Positions 15,261 through 28,270 of a DNA stretch of 64,000 nt are shown in pieces (the stretch's first letter is position 1; every line of letters starts with the position of its first letter). The stretch is from NCBI RefSeq assembly GCF_009914755.1, contig NC_060934.1; one strand, 5' to 3'. This DNA comes from the human T2T-CHM13v2.0 reference genome, Homo sapiens. A program made the translations under genes and the position numbers. The notes under the pieces are model-generated. The model made no database searches. It was not told the DNA's origin and was given only the letters and a program-made list of their open reading frames with translations.

Positions 15261-18200
15261 GCGGCTGGTCCACAAGCGTTCTGAGTCTCGCTGTGTGAGT
15301 GGATATCAAGAGGTCTTGCTTGTCAGGGGCCTGATTACATCATGAGTGAGAGAGGGTAGACAAAAGTAACCTGCAGGTCACTCCTTAAATGCAAAGATGG
15401 TAAAGATACAGTGGGGCTCAGGAAGAGAAAAGAACTGTCTTCAGTTCGCACCTACTATGTGCCAGGCATTCTGCCATACACAGGTATTTATGAAATCCTT
15501 AGATTTGCGCATTCATTCAATGTAACAACAATTACCTGTGGAGCCACTGCTACTCTCTGTGACCAAGCAAAAGGCAAAGGTAATTTTTTTTCCAAAATCA
15601 TCCTTCAATAAGAAGAGTGAGTGAACTTATATTCAAATTCCTGACAAACTCTCCTGTTAAAGGGCAGTTCTCTCATTTACTTTATTTTAACCAACAAAGT
15701 ACCATTTGGGGAAAAAACATTAGCCTGAAATGACCTCAATCAATGCTAGTTTTGGATGCTCATAAGAGTTTGCTTGATGGAATCGTTAAAAGAGAAGGCA
15801 AAGATATTTAACCCCTATTTAATAATTATTCCTGGGTTTGACCTTAGAATTACAAGCTGGGGATGTTGTTCTAAACAAGTCTTTTACAAATCACTTTAAA
15901 AAGCAATATCAGAAGTAGTTACACTATGAAGATCATAGATATATACCTAAAGAAAAAAATGAAAATAAAAAAAACACTCTCCTAATATTATGCAAACGAG
16001 TATACGTAGCTTGTGATAAATTCTCCAGTGACAGCATTTTACACAAAGCCACAAAGTGTTGGGTCTCAAACAACTATGATGGAAGTGGAGATTCTGTGCC
16101 CTGGAAAATTGTGTTCAATGCTACGCACAGTGGCTCTGGCAATGATGGGGCCTGGGAAGGCTTTGAATAAAATTGCTCCATAACTGCCAGAAGGGGAAAA
16201 AAAGCAGATTTCTAAATTAAATACTATTTTACATGGCATGGGAATTTAAATATGTATGTGTAACTAAATTAATAAATCAAATGCTACAAATAGACATAAA
16301 GTCTTTCATCTGCTTCCCTAAGAGTTTTTATGTTCAACTACAAGTTGACCCCCTCCCCTAAATATAGGATTTCCCCACTGGGAAAATGCATAAAGCACTT
16401 TCTATTAGGAGATGTTCTGTATTCCAGCATTTATAGGAACTAGCTACAGGGGCGAAGTGGGAAGCTTGCCCAATTCTACCCACAAGATAGATCTGAACCC
16501 ACCAGCCAGAGCACCCAATGTGGGCACCCAGACTTTGGAGGGAGCATATCCCCAGTATATTGGTGAGAGATCACATCCAGGGAGGCCTTGGAGGCTGAGC
16601 AGCTCAGGGGCACAGGCACAAAAGTCACAGCCAGGATTATAGCCCCATCTGCCCCGCTCTAAAGCCCGGGTCACTTAACCATGTCAGGTGTCCCCGGGTG
16701 TCGGATGCTCCACCACAGCAGGGCGCTGGCCTGGACTGGTTTCAGCACATGAACAGTGCTCCTGAGTTTGTGGGGAACAGAACCTCAGGCTGTGTCTCAC
16801 TCAGTCCCTCCAGAGGACACGGCACCTAGTCCAGGCTCAAGACTCCAGCCTCCAGGCCACAGCTACTGCACCATGGCCAGCAAGCTCCTTGGATGCCTTG
16901 TACTCTCCATAGACTGGTCCCCTGTCCACAGGCAGCTCCCTCCTTGACAGATGTCAAGGCCTCTGGGTATCCACCTCCCAACAGAGCTGGCAGGCACTAG
17001 CAGATCAGTTGACTCTACAATGCGCCCCTTTCCAAAGAGAAGGCAGAGCAGCCTCCACCCCGCAGGACTCCCTATGCCTCCCCAGTTGCCTGCACCATCC
17101 TTCTAGTGGTCTCTCTCACCTTGGCCCCCATGGCACTGGCCCTTCCTGGTGCCTCCACTATCCTTCTCCCACCCCCACCTCCTGGGGGTACTCTACAGGC
17201 TTCACTTTCCACTCACATCTGCAGCACTGGCATCTTTCTCTGCAGAGCTCAGGACCCTCCAATCCAATTACCTTCCAGCAGCTCCGAGCAGCTCCACCAC
17301 TTGAATTGCCAAAGGCAGCTCAAGAGAACCAAATAACAACTCCCAGCTCCCACTATAGTTCCACGTCTGCAGGGCACTGCAAAGAATCCCTCAAGCCTTG
17401 GCCTGGCCTCTGACTCTTCCCTCTTCCCTGGCCCCTTCCCAGGAAGGGATCCAGAGAGGATCCTGTCTGTCTAGGACTCCCTTTCCATTGTGAAAGCAGC
17501 CACCTCCCAGTAGACATCAGCTTCAAAATAGCAGCCCTGCCGTCTGGCTCGCCCTCTCCAATCTGTCCTGCTCACCACTGCCAGGTTCCTATTCCTCAAA
17601 GAAAAGCCAGTGAGATGCAGTCAAGACCCCTCTCCACTCAGCAAGGTGAAGCAAAGCCTGGCACTGTGATTCCAGATGGCTGCTGCTCCCCCAGACCCCT
17701 CTGGAGGTCCCCATCATGCAGGACTCACCTGCCTCCCTCAGACCCAGCCTGCTTCTGTCCCTCCTGCCAGTGCTCCAAGGGCCATCCCTGCATGCTCAGG
17801 CTTCACCAAGACTCCTCCTGCAGGAATCCACCTGGAGTGCTCCCATTCCCCAAAGGCCAGATTCACCTCTCTATGTCACGAGCCTGTTCAACCTGCCTTA
17901 TTTTGTTGTTGTTCTGTTTGGTTTTGTTTTGGGCTTTTAGCAGGCTGAAGCAGGGGTTCTTAATTTCTTTCTCTAGTGATAAGCAGAAAAGAGATGAGGA
18001 AGCAGCTTTACTGGCCCAACCAGAAATAGAAACTAAGAGCCCATGACTGTATTCTCTCCCTTAGACACCCCTATGGACATCAGAGAAAGCACTCAACAGG
18101 CTGAGCGACAATCCTGGCTTTCCCACAGTCTGCAGATGAGCCCACCATCTGTTCTGTGCTTTCGCTTCTCCAACTGTGCAATGGGGATAGCAACATTCTG

Positions 18201-18429
18201 GTTAAATGAGGGCAAAACTTTGTTGTGCTTTGCATCTTACCCCCGGCACCTACCTGGGGCTCTTATTCAGAGAATGGCTTTCTGGCTCCTGGAGCCATGT
18301 TGCCCGCAGGCAGAGAGGCCTGGAAGGGCCTGAGCATCTCATACACACACACAGACACACACACACGCACACTTAAGATGAGGGTGAGGGTATGATGGCC
18401 CAGCTCCCTTTGCCTCGGGGACATTCCAG

Positions 18430-18643
18430 GGTGTAACTCACCCCCCAGAGCACCCGGAGCTCGGTCTGACATCTAGGGGTCTTCTCCGGAGGTCCCACTC
18501 AGATTCGCTTCCACCCCTGCTTCTGGCCCTTCCCTGTCCTGTTTTCCCCACCCTTCCCAGACTCCTCTGCGAGCACCTTCTTAGGAAAGACTTGTACCAG
18601 AACCCTCATTTCAAGGTCTGCTTGGAAGAAGCCTGCCCTAGAC
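18430..18643 (+). mobile_element. ERVL LTR fragment (LTR16-like 3' end)
   Basis: ccctgcttctggcccttccctgtcctg...cctcatttcaaggtctgcttggaagaagcctgcccta. Confidence 0.45.
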
Positions 18644-19559
18644 AAATGCCTACCTTGCTGCACTGTCATGGGGAGTCTGTGTAGGAATACAAAGTACCTG
18701 GTGGAGTCCCCACCATGATTATTAGCTCCCAGAGCCATCGCCACTATGCCAGTCACCAGCTTCACTCATATCCCACCAGTCATGTGCTCTCACCTACCCT
18801 TCCAGACCGTAAGCTCCTTGAAAGGGGAGACTATGGCTTCCACATCTGTGTGAACCCCATGCCCAGCACCCGTCTGGCACAGGCAGGGCTGTTGTGGGTC
18901 CTGTGGCCGTGGCTGACCACATGCCCAGGGCTAACAGCAGCCTCTCACTGGGGCCCAAAGCTTTCCCTCACTATCGCTCACTGGGGACAGATCAACAGGA
19001 CCCCTCTCCCCTTGCCTGAGCATCTCCAAGGTCTTCAGGGTGGTGGGTCCTACCCAGAACTTGGGAGGGACCCACTCTGGGATGAATACAGGGGTCCGTT
19101 CAGGAATCTGTCACAAGCCCCAGCCCAGGAAGAGAGACAGGATGGAGCCTCCACCTCCACCCCACCTGGCACCCATGTGTCTTCACTACTGAGGGCAACA
19201 ATGCCACTCCCTCTTGTCAGAGGCAGGACAACTGAGGCAACTGCCCTGGAACACACTTATCAAAAGCAAGGAGAAAATAAAGCCTGAAGTCCATATGCTT
19301 GTGCTCAGGTGGAAATGGTGAGTACACACAATGTACATAAAATTGACAAAGTAATAGTGGAAAACCCACAGGTGCTAGAGAAACATACGCCAGCCGCTGG
19401 GAAGCATAAAGGAGCTCATGGTGAACTGGACAATGGAGAACATGGACTGATGGGAAATGCCAGAACGGGAACCTGAGAGGGCCCAGAGAGAGCAGCCTGC
19501 ACTTCTCCAATAACTACAGTGCCCAGACTCCAAAAAGGTTATTTCAAAACTGGGCAAGT

Positions 19560-20260
19560 GTGCAACAGTGTAAGATACATCTTATCCTCAGCATCATGTT
19601 TCAGTAAAAATGAATTGGAAAAGCATCCAACAGTACCAGATGCTTAAATAAATTATGAATAGAACCATAATGTGCTTAACCAATCTGCTATTGTAAGATA
19701 TACTTTGCAGCTTTTAGAAATAAAAATGTAAGTGAATATATATTGATATGGAAGACTTCCATGATATACTGTGATGTGAAAAGTCAGACCAAAGAAGAAA
19801 AAGTAGGAATACTTCCATATTTATAAAATAAAGGATACATGGAACTTTGTAGAAAGTCTAGAAAGAGGGTCAACAAACTCAACTCAGGGGCCTGTTTTTA
19901 TAAATAAAGTTTTATTAAAGCACACCCATATGCATTTGTTCATGAACTGTCTGTAGCTACTGTCAGGCCTAAGTATAGAGATGAAGAGTTGCAGCAGAGA
20001 CCATATATGCTACAAACCAACGCTATTTACTACCTGGCCCTTTAAAAAAGAGTGTGTCAACCCCCGATCTAGAAGAAGAGATACAAAGATATTAATGATG
20101 TTTATCTCAAGGTACTGGGAACTTGTGTAATTTTAAATTGTTCGTTTTTTTTCCTTTATGGCTGTTTATATATTTATGTTTTCTCTGCCATGATAATGTA
20201 TAATCTCCTAAAAAGCACATAGCTTAGAAAAACAATCTATTGGCCTACTTACATTAAAAA
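19560..20260 (+). mobile_element. L1ME-type 3' fragment interrupted by MER58A
   Basis: AT-rich; ttgatatggaagacttccatgatatactg; continues after 20066 with caaagatattaatgatgtttatctc. Confidence 0.55.
19864..20066 (+). mobile_element. MER58A hAT-Charlie MITE
   Basis: gggtcaacaaact...ataaataaagttttatt...gttgcagcagagacc...tatttactacctggcccttt...tcaacccccg; 8-bp TSD gtctagaa/atctagaa. Confidence 0.85.
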
Positions 20261-20284
20261 TAATTTTATCAATGTTCACAAACA

Positions 20285-20385
20285 TTTTTCCCATTTTATA
20301 GCTGAGGAACAGAGTTTGAGAAAGTTCTAGCAACTTGCCCAAAGTGCACATGAGACCCAGCCTGAGTCTGTCTGATCCAAAGACC
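20285..20385 (-). mobile_element. MIR core
   Basis: cccattttatagctgaggaacagag...caacttgcccaaag. Confidence 0.6.
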
Positions 20386-20939
20386 CTCTCAGGACAAGAT
20401 GTTGAGCACAACGTCTGTGATGAAAAAAGGCCTCCTGGTTCCTCTTCTGGGGAGACAGGGACAAGAGGTCCCTCCCCTAAGGGAGGCACCGCTGCCTCAC
20501 AGAAGCTGGCCTGGAAGGGATGCAAGTTACCAGAGGTGCTAGGCATCAGAACTCCGCATGGCTCCCTGAGGGCACAGTGCCTGCCTCAGTGTGCTGGGCC
20601 AGCTGCAATGGGTATCAAATGTTTCCTCCATCCCAGAACACAGAGGAACCAAGGTTGGTAGGCAAAGCTGGCCATGCTGGAGTCAGAAATCAAATCTAAA
20701 CCTTCTCCAAGCTCCATGGGCCCTTCCCTGCTACCTCTCACCTCTCCGACAACTCCTCCTTTCCACTCCCCAGTACCCAGCAACCATGATGCTCCAGCCA
20801 ATCAGAAAGCCTCACACTTCCCCACTCAGAGCATCTTATTCCAGGCATTTGCACCTGTGGATTCCTTTGCATAAAAGTCCTTTCCCTCCCCAGCTGCCTG
20901 GAAAATTCCTATTCATTCTTTAAAAGAAAGAAGACAAAC

Positions 20940-21244
20940 TGAAAACTCGCTGGCCACATGAAGCCTGCAAATGCATTTCCTCAGACCCATGTGGCATCAT
21001 AAAAATAACATTTTATATTAAAAATTGAGATTCCCATTCTTTCCAGACTGAGCAGAAAATCTAGTAACGCTCATCCCACATTACCATGTAGCAGCCAGAG
21101 GCTGTGGCTCAGGAGCAGCTGTTCTCTTTGCACGGGGTGCATGCTTCCCACTTGGCTGAGCACCCCACTAGGGCCACCACCCGGCCTCCCTCACTGGCCT
21201 CCATAGACATCTATCTGAGATTGCAACCCTCTGGCAATCCTCTG
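20940..21244. mobile_element. hAT-Charlie element, MER102-like
   Basis: gaaaatctagtaacgctcatcccacattaccatg...gagcagctg...gagattgcaaccctctg. Confidence 0.4.
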
Positions 21245-21247
21245 GCA

Positions 21248-21432
21248 CAGTGGTTCTCCAAGTGTGCTCCTGGACCAGCAGCGTCAGCATCACCTGGAAA
21301 TGTGCTAGAAATGCAAATTCCCAGGTCTGTCCTAGATCTACTGAGTGAGAAACTCCAAGGTTAGAGCCCAGAAGTCTGTGCTGCAGCAAGCCCTCCAGGG
21401 GATTATGATACCTGCCCCTCTGAGAACTTCTG
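21248..21432 (+). mobile_element. MER5A hAT-Charlie MITE
   Basis: cagtggttctccaagtgtg...cagcatcacctggaaatgtgctagaaatgcaaatt...tgagaacttctg (terminal inverted repeats). Confidence 0.9.
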
Positions 21433-22409
21433 CTGCAGCTCTGTGGACTCTGGTCCAAGCAGCAAGGCCAATCTGTGCCCTCTGCCACCCTTCTCTACCT
21501 CATACCCCCATCCTTCCGGCCTTGGCTCCAGCACAGCTGAGTCCTGGGCCAGCTCCCAGCCACATGCATTCAAATTCTGTTGCATGCACTCCCCTGCCCT
21601 GTGGCCAGGTGCTCTTTACCTGTCTATTTCCTAGCCAGTGGGATCTTTTGGGGCAGGAGCTATTTCTGATTCCTGCCTCCCTAGCACCTAACACAAAGCC
21701 AGGCCCTTAGTCAGGGCTCAGGAACTTCTGCAGAATTAAACTAATTCACTTGGTGATTATTTATACCCCTCTAATTTGGAGCAGCAAGACTGACCACGAG
21801 GCAGCCTCAGCCCTCTTATGTCTGGCATGACAAGGATGGTGACAATCAAATGCTTGCAGCTCCAAGGAGAAGTGATATTTCAGCAGAAGATGAAGTAATT
21901 CCTATTCAAAGCATCTGTTAATCACTCAAGATCCTTCTAGATGTGAGGGGCTACAGAATGAAAGGTGTTATTAATGAAACTGTACAGACTGGGAGGCAGT
22001 TCTGAATAGCAGCCCTCCTTCCTAACAATGCCTTTCCCTGCAAGTTAATCCCCTGACATTATTTTAAATTCTTCAAGTGCTGGAGAAGTCATGTAAGTTG
22101 TTTTCCTGAGTAGTCACTTAGCTGACAAGCATTTTCTAATTGACAGAACATTCTGAAAAGACAGATTAAAGAGGGGGAAGAGCGGTATTAAGATGGTGCA
22201 ATTGCCCACACATAGCAGGAGGCTGAGTTGACTGAAATGTAAGACTCGATTCGGAAGAAAGTTATTTATCACATCCCCCAGCCCGGCAGCCCCTTCCCAG
22301 AGAGACGAATTCAGGGATGTTGCTCCACGGTGGCTCCGACCCAAGGACCTGCCAGGAGGGACTGCACACATCCCACAAGCTCAAACCCAAGCTGGGAGTT
22401 GAAATCCAG

Positions 22410-22620
22410 GAGTGATAATAAGAACTGTTACTGACAGTTGAGCAGCTAATATGTGTCTAGAATTTTCCAATGGGCTGTGTGCCAGGGGTATTACAATTTT
22501 TAGCCCTAAGAGAGGACACTCATCCCCATTTTCCAGATGAGGAGACTGAAGAATGCACCCAAGTACCCAAGTTCACACAGTTTATAAGTGGCAGAGCTGA
22601 GGGAGGTCAAACCCAAGTTT
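22410..22620 (-). mobile_element. MIR
   Basis: ccccattttccagatgaggagactga...cacacagtttataagtggcagagctg. Confidence 0.75.
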
Positions 22621-22817
22621 GTATCCTGGCTCTGCCCATCATGCTATGGAAGCTCAGCAAGTTCCTTAACCTCTGAGTCTCTGGCCCATCAGCTGCAAAA
22701 CTGGGTCCACAATACTCTTGCAGGTGTGATGTGATATAATGTGATATGCTCAGCAAATGATAACTCAGTTAACAGCCTCTGAAAGCAACACTCTTCTGCA
22801 AATTCAAGCCATTGCCT
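22619..22817 (+). repeat. 199-bp local direct duplication, copy A (MIR piece plus unique flank)
   Basis: Gapless alignment to 27431-27629, 26 mismatches by manual count (~87%). Confidence 0.9.
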
Positions 22818-23649
22818 AAGTTAGGAGGCTCTGTGTGCTCTTTCCTGTCATCAGGCCACCTCCTCCCCTTTAAGGAAATGTGCCTAGATGTCACTGCAGA
22901 GTGGCAATGGGCTTAGATGGCAAACACCAAGAGCCACAGCCCAGAACGCTTGGTAGGGGCCGCGCCGGCACAAGCATCCCATAGGTGCTGGTAGGGCCTG
23001 GGGCTTTCCGCGGGCCACTGTCACACCTGTCATGAAGCCCTTGAAACTACAAAGCCTCCAGATAGGACTCACCTATCAATCACCCCTTCCTTAATAGCGC
23101 ATAGAGCTGATGGAATCCCCCTTAATGGTCCTCAAACCATGCACACTTTGAACAACTAATGAGGCACGCAGGATGCCTTCGCCATCTAATGTTTTCAGAT
23201 TTCCTAGCGTGAGATAATGCCACTGACAAGGGAGTATACACTGAGCCGTCCCAAGTACTGATAAGGTGTTAATAAACCTTAGCAAATGCTGATTAGAGGC
23301 GGCTCCAGCAGTACAGAGCCTCCGCGCTCTGCATGCACGCTGGAGGGTTGGCCAATTAAACCTGGGGAGCTTCTCAATTTGGAACTGATCCTGAGACAGC
23401 AGCAGCCTGCATCTCCACCACTTTTGAGTCACGAGGCAGGTCAGGCTTGCCCTGTGGCTAGTCCAGGATATTGCGCACCAAGGGACTGCGTAAGTAAAGA
23501 GCGTTTCACAGACCTCACCCCAAAAAGCCAGAGAATCTACAAACTGGGAGGCATCAGGTATTTGGGAATGTAGTTAAAACTTTCTTGAGCATGCTTATAT
23601 TTACAGCTGATTTTTTAAAACTCTTGGGATAAAAGGTTTTAAAATAGGC

Positions 23650-24072
23650 AAGGGGAAGGTGACAGGCACTGCGGTTCCCCACCCAGATCCCCTCCACCAC
23701 CGGGTGTGCCCATCCCCAGCGGCTGGGGCAAAGGCCCCTGAGAACTGCAAAGGCCTCTGCCTCACACAGAAAGGCCTGGAAGGCTATGCCCTCCAACTGG
23801 GGTGGCCCACAGTCAGTGAGTGAGCACTATGGGGCACAAAACTCCAGCCCTTTAGCCTCAAGCCATGATGACTCTGTGGTGCCATTCCTATGCCAGAGCT
23901 CCCCTTAAGATCAGGCCAAGGCCTGAACTCAGCTGAGACCCCGCTGTGCCAAGCTTCCTCCCCTGCCCCATCCTGCTACCTCCACATCCTTAAGGATTTT
24001 ACCAGAGAGCTCTCCCTGGATAAATCACTTCTGCAATGCCAGGCTCTGCTTCCAAGGAGTCAGACTTAAGCA
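23650..24072 (+). mobile_element. LTR16-type ERVL LTR
   Basis: ccagagctccccttaagatcaggcc...ataaatcactt...caggctctgcttccaagga..agacttaagca. Confidence 0.65.
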
Positions 24073-24094
24073 GGGAGAAAAGGAGAGGGGATTA

Positions 24095-24350
24095 GAACTA
24101 CGATTTTTGGAACACTGTTTTGTGCCTGGCTCTGTGTTAGACACTTTCCATTCACTATTTCACTAACGTTCCTCAGCAAACTTGTGGAGTATGGGAAAAC
24201 GTCGCCATTTACAGATAAGGAAACTGAGGCTCGGAATGGGACAGTGACTTGGCCAAGGTCACATGGCTCCTCAGTGGCAAAGGCAAGATGTGACCCAGGT
24301 GTGGTTGATGCTGAAATTCATGCAAACATATTTGCATGTCACCACGTTAC
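24095..24350 (-). mobile_element. MIR
   Basis: ccatttacagataaggaaactgaggctcgg...gtgacttggccaaggtcacatggc. Confidence 0.8.
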
Positions 24351-25441
24351 TTCCCCATGTTTACAAGGGGCTATGTGAAGTCAGGAGAAGAGAGAATGGA
24401 GCTCTAAAAAAAGATCTGAAAATATATACCAGACTGAAAGCTGAAAGACCAGCAGGGAGAGAGAAAACTTCCCCCCACTGAGGAGTTCAAATCACCATTC
24501 TGTGCGTTCCTCGCCATCCCCAAATAGAACCTTCACATATTGCTTGGCAAGAAACTAACCACTTGCCACCTCTCTGATTCCCAATTATAAAACATACCCT
24601 ACATTTTAATTCAGAATGTATATTTCACTGGTCAATAGATTGAGGCAAATGTTCCCACGTGGGGCTCCTGCCTAAAGAGCTAACAGCTTCAATAAAGGTA
24701 AAGAAGCCTACTGCCAGCGACGGTGCCTCAGATACTGTCACACACGCTCCAGCTGAATTAAAATGTGCTCTGTGATGAGCGTCTAGGGAGGCAACTTGCT
24801 CAGATGGTGTCACCCAAGGACACAGGCATCCTAAGAAGGCAGATAGCCTCACTCCAATCAAAACAAAACCAACAGTGAAATGTGCCACCCCTTTGTAGGT
24901 ATTAATTACTGTCCAAGTGCCCTCTCTGCTGGCAGGCAGCATGCGTGATCAGGAGTTGGGAGGAAAGAGAGGCTCCTTTCTCACGGGCTTGCCATTCTGC
25001 CTCCAATCACCCCCTGCCCAGTGTCCAGCAAGTCCTGCCACAGTCAGAAACTCCAATCTGCTCCACAGGCCCCTAGTCTCCAGCTTGATTAGACCCAACA
25101 ATTTCCTGGAGAAGCTGTGGGAAGGGGGAGTATATGCAGACTGCTGGGGAAGGTTAGGTTGGGAGGACTGAGGATGGGCCAGGGAAGGGCAGGGCGTGGA
25201 GGTGTTTATGCACTTCAGGCTCTCTAATGACAGCTGCTGGCAGGAGGGGGCTCTGCTCACCTGGGCCAGGTTTGCTGCAAACCTGCCACTGCAGACACGA
25301 TGATGTAACAGTTGCCAAGGGGAGGTGATGTGAGCAGAATTATAATCAGAACCCAGCTTTCAGGGGCTGGGGACCAGGGGATGGAGCTGCTCCAGACCAG
25401 AGAGCCTCGCCCTGAGAGGGCTGCAGTCAAGAGTGCTTCCC

Positions 25442-25741
<300 letters not shown>

Positions 25742-27430
25742 AAGAGTGCCTCCTTCCCCGACATCCTGAACGGCCAAGAAGCTTCATCAGTAAGACCATG
25801 CTGAACCTTGTTTTCAGTGGAAAAGATGTCCGGGAAGTTACAAGGCAAGCTAGTCCAGCCAGCGTCTTCATTTCCTGTTAGCCATAACACTCCTCTATGC
25901 CTCAGCTGGGGTGTGATGTGTAGATAAAAATCATTCCTGGTGCAGAAGACCCAGAAAGCCCCAAGTGAGTGGTGCATGGGTGAGGGGAGAGGGGCCACTC
26001 ACTCTTGGCCATGGGAAGACAGGGATGCCGAAGAAGAAACTCCTGGGTCATTGTGGGTCGTGATATGGTGCCTGTAGAGGGCAATGAGCTTGCAGAAGGA
26101 AAGCCAGGAGCCTGGGTAGAGAGGTGCTGTGGTTGTGCCAGCTCTTTGGAGTTTGAGAGACCATCTCTCAGAAGTGATGTGGAATGGAAAGCCGATAATT
26201 TATGCTTCCTGCATCTCATGCTTACCTCCCCATTGGCCTGTTATTCCTCCTCAGAGCTTGGAAGCGTTTCTGGAATTAAATTCCTCTGGGCTGGGCTAAC
26301 CAGAGGAGTAACAGCCATCCAGCCTTGGAAGAAGGCATTGGGGCACTGGGAGTGTCTGTGCCAGTTGTGGAAATCAAAGCATGCACCCCTGATGGGAGCA
26401 GGGTCAGACTGTGTGGTCCATACCCCTTGCCCAGCCCCATCTCTACCAGAGAGTGTCTTTCCAGAATCAAACCTTCCATAGGGAGGCTATTTCTTCCTGG
26501 CATAAATTAAGATTATTATCTTAAATGCTGCCCTGACCAGGCTGGGATGGGCACAGGCACCAGATGCCTTTTCCTGACATCCATCCTGCCTGCCATTAGT
26601 GTCTGGAACAGGAGCTGGTGAAGGGAATCCTGCAGGGTGCCGAAGCTCCTTTCTCTCCACAGTGGACACTGGGAACTATCCATCAGCCTTCTCAGAACCT
26701 TCAGGACAGCCCACAAGAAAGCATCTCTGTGATATGACCCAGACACTTCTTCCTGGCCCCTCATCCATCCCTGCACACATGCCTACATCCACCCACTCAT
26801 CTGTGTGTTAAGTAGTCTTTCAACAAACATTCATTGACTATTCCAGGCACTGAGCTAGGCCCAGCTGATACAGAGAGTAACAGGATTAATCCCATCTTGC
26901 TCTTACCCTGGAGGAGCTCTCAGGCTAATGGAGAGAAACCAATAAAGAGGGAAGCATCTGGGAAGAGAACCACTGCATGCACATCTCCCTCCCTGCAAGC
27001 CACTGAAAAGGCATTCATCTGTGACCTGCATCTCCAGGGGCCAATCCTGCACCTCACCCTGACCCCAAGCTGACACACTGCAGGTGAATTTGAAAAAAGG
27101 TGGCCTCTGGGTGTGCAACCCTCAGCTTATCTGCTTCCAGTATTGAGGTAACTTATGTGAATGTTTTTCATTGCTTTGGCTGATTTTAAAATTCCAACAA
27201 GAATAACTGCTTAGGAACAGGCTCAATTGGAGAATGCCCCCGCTTCACAATAGGCACACACAGGTACAGACAACCCATATCCAGCCTGTGCTGAGAGAGC
27301 TCACTGGGACAGCAGGGAAATGGGCTCACTGTCCTGGGAAGATAGAGCAGACCTGCTGCCACTCAGAATGTCCACCCCACCTGGTATAACTGCACAGATC
27401 TCAAATGCAACAGGCTGGTAGCACAATGAC

Positions 27431-27629
27431 TTGCATCCTGGCTCTGCCTTTCATGTTATAGAAGCTCGGCAAGTTCCTTAACCTCTGGGTCTCTGGTCCA
27501 TCATCCACAAAACTGCGTCCACAATACTCTCACAGGTGCAACGTGATATAGCGTGAGATGCTCAGCAAATAATAACTCAGATTACAGCCTCTGAAAGCAA
27601 CACCTTTCTGCAAATCCAAGCCATTGCCT
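27431..27629 (+). repeat. 199-bp local direct duplication, copy B
   Basis: Gapless match to 22619-22817. Confidence 0.9.
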
Positions 27630-27714
27630 TTTTCTAGTTTTGCCCTTGCTCCATTAAACTCATAAGCCTTCCTTTTTTAGTAAGCCAACATTGACATCTT
27701 TCTTTTTACAGATG

Positions 27715-28270
27715 ATAACAAATATTTTCAGAGCACTCATTACCTGCCAGGTTCTGTGCTATAGGCATGCTGAGGGAGGTGGTGGGGAGGTGGGGCAAGT
27801 GCAGCCTTGAAGAGCTCATGGTCTACTTGGAGATACATAAATGATCCATATTGTGGTGCATATAATTTGGGATCTAGTAAAGGAGAGGGAAACCCAGACT
27901 ACCATGAGAGGAACTGCCCCAGCCAGTGGGAGAGGTGGTCAGGAACAGCTTCCTGGAGGAGGAGGCAGAACCTGAGTAAATGTTGAAGGGTGAAAGGAAT
28001 AGTGAAGTGAAAGAGAGTGGGAGGCAGAGACACCTGCGTGAGCAGATGCCAAGAGAGGGGAGAAGGGGCTGGTGCGAGGAAGAAACTGTGAGTCATTTGC
28101 TGTTACTGTCAGGTGAGAGGAAGATGGGAGGAACCGGGGGTGAAGGAAAGGTAGCCTAGTCTCTAAGGGCCTTCTGGGAGCTAAAGGAGCAGGACATTAT
28201 TCTGGGGTCGTCAGGAAGTGTGGATATGTTTTATGCAGAGGAACAAGGTAAGTTTTATATTTCAGACGTT
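27715..28270 (-). mobile_element. L2 LINE
   Basis: aacaaatattttcagagcactcattacctgccagg...ggtcaggaacagcttcctggaggagg. Confidence 0.65.

Noticed and set aside
16740-16762. REST/RE1-like ttcagcacatgaacagtgc (also ttcagcaccggac at ~34723)
   Set aside because: Wrong half-site spacing and mismatches in the GGACAG half.
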